From NCBI GenBank assembly GCA_965214775.1, contig OZ243974.1, forward strand, positions 1,952,001 through 2,016,000: a DNA stretch of 64,000 nucleotides. The letters run 5' to 3'. Both the position numbers and the translations under genes were made by a program. A model generated the notes under the pieces. The model saw nothing but the letters and a program-made list of their open reading frames with translations, was not told the DNA's origin and searched no databases. This DNA is from Nitrosopumilus sp. (lineage in GTDB: Archaea > Thermoproteota > Nitrososphaeria > Nitrososphaerales > Nitrosopumilaceae). Positions 10,728 to 19,749 of this stretch are shown piece after piece. How positions within the stretch are numbered: the first letter of the stretch is position 1; every line of letters begins with the position of its first letter.

Positions 10728-12296
10728 TCGCGTATACTAGACATTATGAAAGGTCAACCCTCCACATACTGTGAGATCGAGGCATCTATAGCATCGTCGA
10801 CGGAGAGGATACAGAGTCTGGAAAAGGGCATCAAGGAACGTGACAACATCATCAAGGAACAGGGCAATGTCATCAAGGAACGTGACACGACCATTGAGAA
10901 ACTAAACAATATAATCAAGGATCAGGGCAGCAGGCTCCGATACTATGAGAACGAGAACTCGCCCCCGTCGGCAGACTCGCTTGCGTGGAAGGAGCAAAAG
11001 GCACAGAGGAAAAAGGAGAGGGCCCGATCCGATGCTGCAGCCGGGAATAACGGCACCAGGAATAACAGGAAAAAGCCCGGCGGCCAAAAGGGCCACAAGG
11101 GCGTATCGCGCGTCCACCGGCCCACCCGGGTACAAAGGCACTACTTTCCGGGCGGACAGGCGCCAGAGTGCTGGTGCGGCACCCCCACGAAGATCATGAA
11201 CAGGTCGCAGACACGCGACATGATTGGATTTGAGATCAAGGCGATTGAGACTCGCCACGAGTCGCAGAGGGCAGTATGCCCAAAATGCGGCACGTATCAT
11301 ATTGCCCCCAACGGCCTGCCCCGATGCGGCAACTACGACACGAGCGTGGTCACAGCCGTCACCAAGCTGCGCAGCGAGGGCGTTCCATACAGCAGGATCC
11401 CAGGCATCCTGTCAGATATCACGGGTGTGGACATGTCAAAGTCAACTGCAATCAACAACGTGGGGCGCGTCTGCGAGGCCGCAAAGGCGCCTGCCGAGGC
11501 CATCGCAAAGGAGGTAAAGAGCTCAAAGACCGTCTGCATAGACGAGACGGGGATCAACCTGGCAGGCAAGACGGGGTGGGTGTGGACCATACTGTCAGCA
11601 GCAGGCATACTCATGATATACAACAATACAAGGAAGGCCCTGGTTCTGGACCAGTACATGAGCGGGTACAAGGGCGTCGTCACATCGGACGGATATCCCG
11701 CATACAAGAGGTTCGATCCGGGGGGAAGGCACCAGCGGTGCTGGGCGCACGAGCTGCGATCCCTCCTGTATGGTTCGCAGAAAAAGGACGCCCCGCTGTT
11801 TGCAGGGATCCTGTACCGGCAGGGGCAGCAGCTGTTCAGGGACGCCAAGACGTGTCTGGAAGGGTGGGACAAGCTGTCCCCCGAGGATCTCCTAGATCTT
11901 GAGGAGAGGACGGGGATAAGGGCCGCCGACGGGCTGATGGGCCGGCACTCGCCGGAGCTGCGCCGGCGGTTTGAGACCAACATGCGCAACGTCCTGTTCG
12001 GATACAGGGATACGCAGGACGAATCGTTGAAAGCTCTTGTCAGGCGGATGTACAATGCCCTGCCTGGCCTGTTTGCATTCCTGGAATACGAGGACGTCGA
12101 GCCCACCAACAATTCTGCAGAGCGGGCGCTGCGCCCCGTCGTACTGCAGGACAAGATAAGCGGCCAGATCAAGGGCGGCCTGGTCTGGATGGACAGGTAC
12201 GGATGGCTCAATACATGCACCTCGACGTGGAAGCTGCAGGGCAAGTCCATCATGGTTGAGGTAGCCAAAATAATTCAGGGGTAGGTGACCTCATAC
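10661..12296 (+). mobile_element. IS66-family element (single ORF, ISBst12-like), intact copy
   Basis: Perfect 15-bp TIRs GTATGAGGTCACCTA/TAGGTGACCTCATAC; 8-bp target duplication ATCTCAAG at 10653-10660 and 12297-12304. Confidence 0.95.
10746..12284 (+). CDS. IS66 transposase
   Basis: Coiled coil, NSPPS, KPGGQKGHKG, zinc finger, IDETG, SDGYPAY, QRCWAH, PTNNSAERALR. Confidence 0.95.
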   Translation: MKGQPSTYCEIEASIASSTERIQSLEKGIKERDNIIKEQGNVIKERDTTIEKLNNIIKDQGSRLRYYENENSPPSADSLAWKEQKAQRKKERARSDAAAGNNGTRNNRKKPGGQKGHKGVSRVHRPTRVQRHYFPGGQAPECWCGTPTKIMNRSQTRDMIGFEIKAIETRHESQRAVCPKCGTYHIAPNGLPRCGNYDTSVVTAVTKLRSEGVPYSRIPGILSDITGVDMSKSTAINNVGRVCEAAKAPAEAIAKEVKSSKTVCIDETGINLAGKTGWVWTILSAAGILMIYNNTRKALVLDQYMSGYKGVVTSDGYPAYKRFDPGGRHQRCWAHELRSLLYGSQKKDAPLFAGILYRQGQQLFRDAKTCLEGWDKLSPEDLLDLEERTGIRAADGLMGRHSPELRRRFETNMRNVLFGYRDTQDESLKALVRRMYNALPGLFAFLEYEDVEPTNNSAERALRPVVLQDKISGQIKGGLVWMDRYGWLNTCTSTWKLQGKSIMVEVAKIIQG

Positions 12297-12403
12297 ATCT
12301 CAAGCTTTACTGTAAAAAACACGTTTCCTGTCGCGATAACGTCGCTGCTGTCGGTGGTAGCCCTCAATATCGTGCCCGAGATCGTGTCGATGATGGGGGT
12401 GGC

Positions 12404-15223
12404 ATGACGGTGTTCGGGCGGAAAAAAAAGGAGACTGCAAGGCCCGCTCCCAGAAGGACGGCCAAAAAAACGGACTATGTGGGGTTCAGGTACGGCGACC
12501 CGGCGCTGGCGCCGACCAGCGTGGATGCGAACGCGGCATTCGGGATATCGGCAGAGGAGCGCGTCCACACAGCAATCTTCGGGCTGCCAGGATGCGGCAA
12601 GTCGTCGATACTCAAGCTCCTCATATACCAGAACATCCGGAACGGCCAGGGATTCATGGTGATAGACCCGCACGGGGAGCTGGCGCGCGACGTTATGAGG
12701 ATGATACCAGAGTCGCGGCACCAGGACGTCATATATGTCAACCCGGCCTCGCTTTACAGGTTCGGCCGGACCGTCCAGATCAACCCGCTTGAGGTAAAGT
12801 CGGAGGACGAGCGGTACGTGGTGGTCATGGGGTTTGTCAACATGCTGCAGAACCTCTACAAGGACTCGTGGGGCCCCAGGCTTGAGACTGTCCTGCGAAA
12901 TGCCGCCAACGCCCTTGTCGAGACCAAGGAACACAACAGGCTGTTCAACATATCCGCGATGATAACGGACGAGGGAAGCCGGGAGGCCATACTGGACGAC
13001 GTGGCGTCAAAGCCAGTAAGGCACTTTTGGGAGGAGATATTCGCAAAGCAGTACGCCAAGGATGCGGGCTCCTCGGCGTACAACAAGATAGACAAGATAC
13101 TCTCGACGCCGACGGTGGCAGCCATGCTTGATGCCGCAGAATCAAGCATCTCGATCCAGGACATAATCGAGAACAGGAGGATGCTCATAGTGGATCTCTC
13201 AACCGGCGCCTCGGACGACATCTGCCAGTTCCTGGGGTCCATATTTCTCAACATGGTCTACGTGTACGCCAAGAAGAGGATAGACATACACGGGGACTCC
13301 GACGACGAAGGCCTCGATCCGTTCTATCTTTACGCCGACGAGGCGCACATGTTCTCAAACACCACGATGTCGGAGATGCTCCGCGCCCTGCGAAAGTTCA
13401 ACATAAAGATGACCATCGCGACCCAGACGTGCAACGCGTACGACAGGGAGTTCTCCATGGAGATACCCGGCGTCTGCAAGACCATAATCACCGGAAGGTG
13501 CGACTATAACACGGCAAACCTGTTCCGCGCAAACATGAGCATGTCAGTAGAGGACATGCAAAAGATTCCGTCGCACTCCTTTGCGCTGGCGTCTGACGAG
13601 GGCGGGGTGAGGGCCCACGGGGTCTTCCGCTCAAGGCCGGTCCCGCTTGAGGGAGACGCAGAGTCGGCGGGGCGCGACTGGAAGGAGGTCGCAAAAAAGT
13701 CGGCTGCCAGGTGGGGCAGGCAGATAATGATGGAAAAGTACATCCCGCGTGCCGGCATCGGCAAGCTGCTCTTTACTCCGGTCGAGGCCTGCATCGTACA
13801 CCTGATGCACTTTGACAACCGCGACTGGTACCGCGAAGAGATATTCCAGGCGGCAAAGACCGTGTTTCCGGGCATACTTGAGAGGCACATAGCGGGCGCC
13901 CTGGACAAGCTGACGCGGGAGCTGTATGTCAGGATAATGTATCCCAAGAGTGATGACAGCGACCAGCACGACTCCATAAAGAGATACGTCCTGGGCGAGA
14001 GGAGCAGCAAGACGTACCTGTCAGAGGCATACGGAGGGAGGCGAGCCGGAGGCGAGGGGCACAACGACGTGCTCTTCAAGATAGCAGATGAGAACAGGCG
14101 GCGCCACAGATACTGCATACCGGATCTCGGCCAGGGCGGGGACGAGGCGCCGGACCTTCTGATAATAGAGCCGGGAACGGTAAAAAGCAGGGAGGGATAC
14201 ATGACGTACGATCCGCACAGGTGGAACGAAAAGAACAGGCTTGCCGTCGAGGTGGAGACCGATCCGGGAAAGCACATGGAGCACTCCGTATACAACTATA
14301 CCAAGAACCATGATCGCGGCTATGACGTGTGGTTTGTCTGCTTTGAGGAGCGCCACAGGGAAAGGCTTGAGGAGGCCATAAGGCAAAAGCATCCCCCCTT
14401 TGAGGGGTGCAAGATGGACACCATAAACGCCGGCCGCGTCCTGAAGGGCGCAGACGATCTGCCGGAGACGTTTGAGGAGACATTTACAGACGTCGCAGTC
14501 AGAAAGATAGACGAGATACTAAAGACACTTGCAGACGACACGCCACTTGAGAGGCAGCCCACCAAGAGTACGGTTCCACGGGAGGCGCTTGCAGACGCCT
14601 CCAAGGGAACAAGGGATCTTGCCGAGGTTTACACAAATACCGTCGGCTCATCAAGGGAGGACGTCAAGTCCTCCGTGCACGTGCCTGCGGCAGATCCCCC
14701 GCCGGGCCACATAGAGAACGAGACGCAGTGGGCGATACTTGACGGCATACGGAAGGCAGGTGCCATGGAGCGCGACGCCGATCTCATCCGCGAAAAGTTC
14801 GGGATAGGCCGCGCAAGCAGGAACGAGATAAAGGGCGCCATCGAGTACCTGCTGATGAAGAAGATGCTGCGGCAGGTATACTATTCGAGGCAGAAAAAGA
14901 CAGGCTCCCTTGACGGGAGCGGCGACAGGAAGACAAGCAGACGTGTCGCGATGCTCGTGCCGTTTGAGAGTCATCCGGAGTCCGGGTCAGGCGGTCATCC
15001 GGAGCCGGCACCCCCGGCCGATCAGGAATCTGACACAGGACACGATCCTGAACAGGATCCTGATCAGCTCCCCGGCGAAAAGCCGAGTGCTGCCATAACC
15101 GACTTTGATGCGTCCGAATACACGGACATTGCTCTTGCGGCGATGCTGGCAGATGAGACGCAAAAGGCAAACCACGCTGCGGCCAAGGCCGAGCTTGACA
15201 GACGGGAGGACGTCGAGGACTGA
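12404..15223 (+). CDS. VirD4/TraG/HerA-like coupling ATPase with C-terminal wHTH and PD-(D/E)xK-like domain
   Basis: Walker A GLPGCGKS, VIDPHGEL, WGPRLE, Walker B YADEAHMF, RKF..ATQ; C-terminal APDLLII..LAVEVET. Confidence 0.8.
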   Translation: MTVFGRKKKETARPAPRRTAKKTDYVGFRYGDPALAPTSVDANAAFGISAEERVHTAIFGLPGCGKSSILKLLIYQNIRNGQGFMVIDPHGELARDVMRMIPESRHQDVIYVNPASLYRFGRTVQINPLEVKSEDERYVVVMGFVNMLQNLYKDSWGPRLETVLRNAANALVETKEHNRLFNISAMITDEGSREAILDDVASKPVRHFWEEIFAKQYAKDAGSSAYNKIDKILSTPTVAAMLDAAESSISIQDIIENRRMLIVDLSTGASDDICQFLGSIFLNMVYVYAKKRIDIHGDSDDEGLDPFYLYADEAHMFSNTTMSEMLRALRKFNIKMTIATQTCNAYDREFSMEIPGVCKTIITGRCDYNTANLFRANMSMSVEDMQKIPSHSFALASDEGGVRAHGVFRSRPVPLEGDAESAGRDWKEVAKKSAARWGRQIMMEKYIPRAGIGKLLFTPVEACIVHLMHFDNRDWYREEIFQAAKTVFPGILERHIAGALDKLTRELYVRIMYPKSDDSDQHDSIKRYVLGERSSKTYLSEAYGGRRAGGEGHNDVLFKIADENRRRHRYCIPDLGQGGDEAPDLLIIEPGTVKSREGYMTYDPHRWNEKNRLAVEVETDPGKHMEHSVYNYTKNHDRGYDVWFVCFEERHRERLEEAIRQKHPPFEGCKMDTINAGRVLKGADDLPETFEETFTDVAVRKIDEILKTLADDTPLERQPTKSTVPREALADASKGTRDLAEVYTNTVGSSREDVKSSVHVPAADPPPGHIENETQWAILDGIRKAGAMERDADLIREKFGIGRASRNEIKGAIEYLLMKKMLRQVYYSRQKKTGSLDGSGDRKTSRRVAMLVPFESHPESGSGGHPEPAPPADQESDTGHDPEQDPDQLPGEKPSAAITDFDASEYTDIALAAMLADETQKANHAAAKAELDRREDVED

Positions 15224-15309
15224 CAGTCCGCCGGCCCATGCGGTGCTGGCAGACTGACAGACAAACGGGCGGGATTTCCCCCTTAAAACGTGCCATGGCA
15301 TTTTTTTCC

Positions 15310-16032
15310 ATGAACCGAAGGAACAAAAAATACGTCGATTTCAAAAAGATCTGCGGGGTGCTCCACGTGTCAGAGGCCAGGCTTGAGAAGCTCCTGGGCC
15401 AGTGCATCCGGAGCAAAAGCGACAACATCTCAATATACAACAAGGCCACAGACATGCGGTACTATCTAAAGCCCGTATGTGTGGAGGGAGAGACGTGCAT
15501 GGTCGAACTCTACGAGGTCCACGGCGGCTCTGAAAACAAGGTGATATTCCGCAACTGGGTGTGCACCAGGAGGCCCAAGAACAGGAAGAGGGAGGCCGCA
15601 ATATCTGAGATCTTTGGCGTCGTGATCCTTATCGGGATAGCTGGCGTCGGTGCAGTACTGTTCCACTCGATTGCGATCGAGTGGGCAGAGACCGAGGAGA
15701 GGTATGACACCGAGCTGGTCGTCTTCAAGCTGGCAAAGCTGTCTGCAGGAGACAGCGTGGCGCTGGCCGAGATATCATTTTTGACGTACGGGGAAGGGGC
15801 CGTATCACTGTCATTTGGGGAGGATCTTGAATCAGTGGATCTGCTTGATTCTGACGGGGAGCCGCTGGACGGCGATACAACGCGCGTAGAGGAGCTGAGC
15901 TCGGGCAGGCTCGTAACGTTCGAGGGGCTGGTCGACATTCCAGAGGATGCGGGGCGCGGCAGCCACATCCATGCGGCCATCATACTGGATGGCGGGCAGG
16001 AGGTACAGCACGTGGTGAGGATCAGTGGCTAG
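15310..16032 (+). CDS. Archaeal type IV pilin-like protein with long N-terminal extension
   Basis: Internal class III signal-like RKREAA/ISEIFGVVILIGIAGVGAVLF; TATA-like TTAAAA about 25 bp before ATG 15310. Confidence 0.7.
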   Translation: MNRRNKKYVDFKKICGVLHVSEARLEKLLGQCIRSKSDNISIYNKATDMRYYLKPVCVEGETCMVELYEVHGGSENKVIFRNWVCTRRPKNRKREAAISEIFGVVILIGIAGVGAVLFHSIAIEWAETEERYDTELVVFKLAKLSAGDSVALAEISFLTYGEGAVSLSFGEDLESVDLLDSDGEPLDGDTTRVEELSSGRLVTFEGLVDIPEDAGRGSHIHAAIILDGGQEVQHVVRISG

Positions 16033-17155
16033 GAGTGCAAGCCAGGCCACCGGCGAGCTGCTGTCTGCCATTGCAGTCATAGGCGTCACCGCTGTGGCAG
16101 CCGCAATACTGTTTGTTACGTTTGCAGAGCAAAACCAGGAGGGAACCGAGGTGATAGACACCAGGGGCGAGATAGAGCTGGCACGCGCCTCGGAGCTGGT
16201 CGACACCTCGCATGTCAGCTGTGCGGGCACGCGCCTCTCGTTTCTGTTACACAACTATTCCAGGGATTATGCGATGAGTACCGACGGGTTCAGGGCATAC
16301 ATTCTTGACAGCGGCGGCGAGCTTGCGTTCCGCCTGTCAGAAGGCGGCGACGACTATATCGAGATAATGACTCCAAGCGTTACCGGCGGCGCGTGGCACC
16401 ACGTCGTGCTGACAAACGACGGCAGCGGAACCCGCGAGGGCATGAAGGTCTACCTTGACGGCGAGCCTGCCGAGTCTGTTCCCGGCGGCGGAGCCGGCGC
16501 CGTCACAGGATCGATCCTCAACAATTTCCCCATAGGTATCGGGGCAAGCAGTACGGGAAAGGATCCGGTATCGGATGCGGCAATCGACGAGCTGATATTG
16601 TCCAGGCACCTGCTGACCCCCGGGCAGGTGGAGGCCTATTATTTGAGCGGGACATATCCGTACACGGCCATCATTCATCTTCCATTTGAGGATGATCTGG
16701 TTTCAAACGACGTATCCAACCACGGAACACTCGTAAGCGGAACCGAGGAGTACACCGACTCCACCAGGGAACCTGGCCTGGGACGTGCGCTGGTTCTTAA
16801 CGGCACACATGTCACGGTACCCGAGGTCAACCTGGACTATGACGCCAATGAGATATTCACGATATCGTTCTGGATAAAAAAGACGGCGCCTGACGACGTA
16901 GACGTGTCCATACTCTCAAAGTCAGACCAGTACTGGAACTCGGGGCTGAACGTGTGGATGTGGTCCGGCTCCGGAGGCAAGCTCAAGGACGGCGACCTTG
17001 GCAGCATCGAGTGGCTTGCACTCGACATGGCCACGGCCGCCGACGAGATACCTCCGGCGACCACGATAGTAGTGAGATATGACGGATACGTCTGCGGTGA
17101 CATGCTGATCCTGCAGACGCCGTCAGGGGAGATAGTCCGGGTGAGAACCGCATGA
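16025..17155 (+). CDS. Pilin-like adhesin with LamG/concanavalin A-like domain
   Basis: N-terminal pilin-like hydrophobic helix; WHHVVLT..MKVYLDG..IG..IDEL and FTISFWIK LamG motifs. Confidence 0.75.
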   Translation: MARSASQATGELLSAIAVIGVTAVAAAILFVTFAEQNQEGTEVIDTRGEIELARASELVDTSHVSCAGTRLSFLLHNYSRDYAMSTDGFRAYILDSGGELAFRLSEGGDDYIEIMTPSVTGGAWHHVVLTNDGSGTREGMKVYLDGEPAESVPGGGAGAVTGSILNNFPIGIGASSTGKDPVSDAAIDELILSRHLLTPGQVEAYYLSGTYPYTAIIHLPFEDDLVSNDVSNHGTLVSGTEEYTDSTREPGLGRALVLNGTHVTVPEVNLDYDANEIFTISFWIKKTAPDDVDVSILSKSDQYWNSGLNVWMWSGSGGKLKDGDLGSIEWLALDMATAADEIPPATTIVVRYDGYVCGDMLILQTPSGEIVRVRTA

Positions 17156-19506
17156 GGGCCGTGCCGGCAGCGCTGTTTCTACTGCTGCTGGCATCTGCCC
17201 TCCCGCTGCTGGCATCCTTTCTTGCCGAAGACGCCTTTGCCCACCCGTACGGAAGATGCAGGCCGTGGATAACGGGATCCTTGCACTATGACGTCAGGGA
17301 CGCCGACGGGAACCCGAGAAGCAACCCCAACGACACGCTGTATCCCGGCGATGCCGTAAGGTATGAGTTTAGCTATGGATGGAGCGGCAACTGCTACCGC
17401 GAAAGGACGTATCCGGTGACTGACAGCGGCGCCATAAGCGTATACGGATCGCACGGCTCCCACGGGTCGCGCGGCGGCAACGCGGAGGCGCTCATAGCCA
17501 GGACCAACGACTGCCACGGAGGGGGAAGCCGCGGTGCCGCAGGATACGGGGGCGATGACTCGTGGGACCGCGACAGCGCAAAGACCGGCTGCGGCGACAT
17601 CAAATACAAGATCTCAGGCAAGGAAAAGCACCGGCACCGGTGCGGCGATGGCTACTGCACGTTCTACATCACGCGCTGGGCACACGACACGCTGCATCCT
17701 GCCACGGTTGCCCCCGTAGTCGAGGTCCAGATGTACGAGCACATCATAAGGGATCCCTACGGATACATGGCAGCAAACGGAGACCATACAAACTATGTAT
17801 GGGATCCCATAGCAATTGAGCATGCGGCCGACTTTACGTACAAGAACCAGAGGGAGGGGACGATAACCTTTGACTATTCACGGGCGTTCTCCCCGCTCGT
17901 CGAGGAGGGGGGATACGAGTGCGACCGGAGGTGCGTCCGATCCCTGGCGGTGGCGGCAGGCTCGCCGCTTGATGCCACAGGAATAGGATTCCTTCCGTAC
18001 CAGCATGCGTCAGAGAACGGGGGAGGGATGTACGCGTATGCGTCGCCGGGGCTTGACGTGATGGGCAACAGGGAGATACGGTATGACGTCCGCGTCCTCA
18101 ACGAGGGGCGCCTGATAAACACGCACCACAACCAGACAGTCCAGCTGATAGTCAGCTATGATCCGGTGTTTGACAAATATGAGTATCCGGTGCTGGCAGA
18201 CGGGCGCAAGTACGCGTATGATGACAGGCAGGGACTCGTGATGCTGTACTCGGGCTCCGTCGGCAGCGGCCCGGACGACGACGGGCTGCTTCACGGGGAC
18301 AGGCGGAGCAGGATAAACGCGTTTTACCCCAACACCACCATGCACTCCCTCTTTGACGGCATCCCAGACGTAGCCATTGATCCCGATCTTCTTGAGTGGG
18401 ATTCCATAGATCACGTGAGAGGGACGGATCCCGACGGGTGGCTCAGCCTGGATGCAGGACACGCGATGTTCGAGGACGAGGGGTATGGCATACTGAGGTT
18501 CTCCCAGGAGATCTCTGGCATCGTGCACCGGGACTCTAACAACCTCAACTTCCGCCACAATGCAACCACACACAACGTGATAGCGTCTGACAGGTGGGCA
18601 GGCCATGATTCTTATGCCAACTTCAACTATACCTACCAGTACCCGCACACGCCGTTTGCGGCATGGTACAACGTCACGGCCTTTGACGCGTCGGGGGCAG
18701 CCGACGACGGCGTGACGCCCATAACGGTATCTGCCACCGTCGCAAACCTGACGCACGCAGGCTCCGTGCCGCAGCACATACCGGCAGGACAGGGCAGGGT
18801 CACCGTAATGCTGGATGCGTACGTCCATGACAAGGCGCTTCACGACACCGGCGATGAGGCCTTTGCTGCTGCCGTACTTGACGAGACGTACGACATGGAG
18901 AACGGCGCAGGCGGCACCGGCGACGTATCGATGTGGCTAAAAAAGACGGGACTGTCATTGGATGAGAACTACATCCCTGGAAACGACATACTCGGACAGC
19001 CGCGGTACCTCTTGCTGGGGCTCGAGTCGGAGATGGACACCGTCATAGAGATACCCGGCAGGGAGATCAGCCGCATACTTCACACGGAGTTTGACGTCGA
19101 TTACGTCGAGGAGATGACCGTGTCCGAGATTCCGCTGTCCATGTCGCGTTCTGTCAGCGACGGTCTCCGGACGCAGCTGGTCTCCGTGTCTGTCCCGGAA
19201 TGGTTCGGGTACATAAGCTCCATCGAGATGAACGGGGAGAGCGTCGACTTTGGGACCGACTGCGTCTACGAGTGCGTCTTTACTGACATCGATGGCGGAA
19301 ACGTCACGGTATACAACGTCTGGGGCGGGACTGCCGTGGGGACGCTCAACGCCTCGGACATTCTGGTGCATGCCACCCCAGAGGTCGTCTTTGAGGAAAG
19401 CCACGATCTCATCTGGTATGTCGTGGCCGTAGGCATCATGGGGTTTGTGGCGTATTCTGCCCTGAGGCATTTCTGGAAGAGGACGCTTGTATCTTCGTCG
19501 CAGTGA
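17152..19506 (+). CDS. Large membrane-anchored surface protein
   Basis: Signal peptide, Cys/His/Gly-rich N-terminal domain, C-terminal TM LIWYVVAVGIMGFVAYSAL. Confidence 0.7.
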   Translation: MRAVPAALFLLLLASALPLLASFLAEDAFAHPYGRCRPWITGSLHYDVRDADGNPRSNPNDTLYPGDAVRYEFSYGWSGNCYRERTYPVTDSGAISVYGSHGSHGSRGGNAEALIARTNDCHGGGSRGAAGYGGDDSWDRDSAKTGCGDIKYKISGKEKHRHRCGDGYCTFYITRWAHDTLHPATVAPVVEVQMYEHIIRDPYGYMAANGDHTNYVWDPIAIEHAADFTYKNQREGTITFDYSRAFSPLVEEGGYECDRRCVRSLAVAAGSPLDATGIGFLPYQHASENGGGMYAYASPGLDVMGNREIRYDVRVLNEGRLINTHHNQTVQLIVSYDPVFDKYEYPVLADGRKYAYDDRQGLVMLYSGSVGSGPDDDGLLHGDRRSRINAFYPNTTMHSLFDGIPDVAIDPDLLEWDSIDHVRGTDPDGWLSLDAGHAMFEDEGYGILRFSQEISGIVHRDSNNLNFRHNATTHNVIASDRWAGHDSYANFNYTYQYPHTPFAAWYNVTAFDASGAADDGVTPITVSATVANLTHAGSVPQHIPAGQGRVTVMLDAYVHDKALHDTGDEAFAAAVLDETYDMENGAGGTGDVSMWLKKTGLSLDENYIPGNDILGQPRYLLLGLESEMDTVIEIPGREISRILHTEFDVDYVEEMTVSEIPLSMSRSVSDGLRTQLVSVSVPEWFGYISSIEMNGESVDFGTDCVYECVFTDIDGGNVTVYNVWGGTAVGTLNASDILVHATPEVVFEESHDLIWYVVAVGIMGFVAYSALRHFWKRTLVSSSQ

Positions 19507-19578
19507 CCGCATGGCAGGCCGCGCCTAGGGGCCTGACTCCCTTCCGGCTTAATATGGAAACGCATTCCATTAGGTATC

Positions 19579-19654
19579 AGCGGGGTGGGGAAGCCAGGCC
19601 AATCCCGGCGGGTTCATTGCCCGCAGACCGGCAGTTCAAATCTGTCCCCCGCTA
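19579..19654 (+). tRNA. tRNA-Met(CAT), archaeal initiator type, with non-canonical anticodon loop
   Basis: Full cloverleaf: acceptor AGCGGGG/CCCCGCT (A1-U72), D stem GGGA/TCCC, anticodon stem GCGGG/CCCGC, loop TT-CAT-TG, T arm GGCAG-TTCAAAT-CTGTC; TATA-like TTAATAT about 25 bp upstream. Confidence 0.9.
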
Positions 19655-19749
19655 TCATAGGTGCCAGCTTCCTACACCTTCCAGCGGGAACCGGCTCCCG
19701 CTGACTTGTAAGTCCCAAAATCCAGCTATGCCTTTAAATTATAAGACTC

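Noticed and set aside
19579-19654. tRNA as an attachment site of the element
   Set aside because: It is full length, internal to the gene block, and no duplicate of its 3' end was seen in the window
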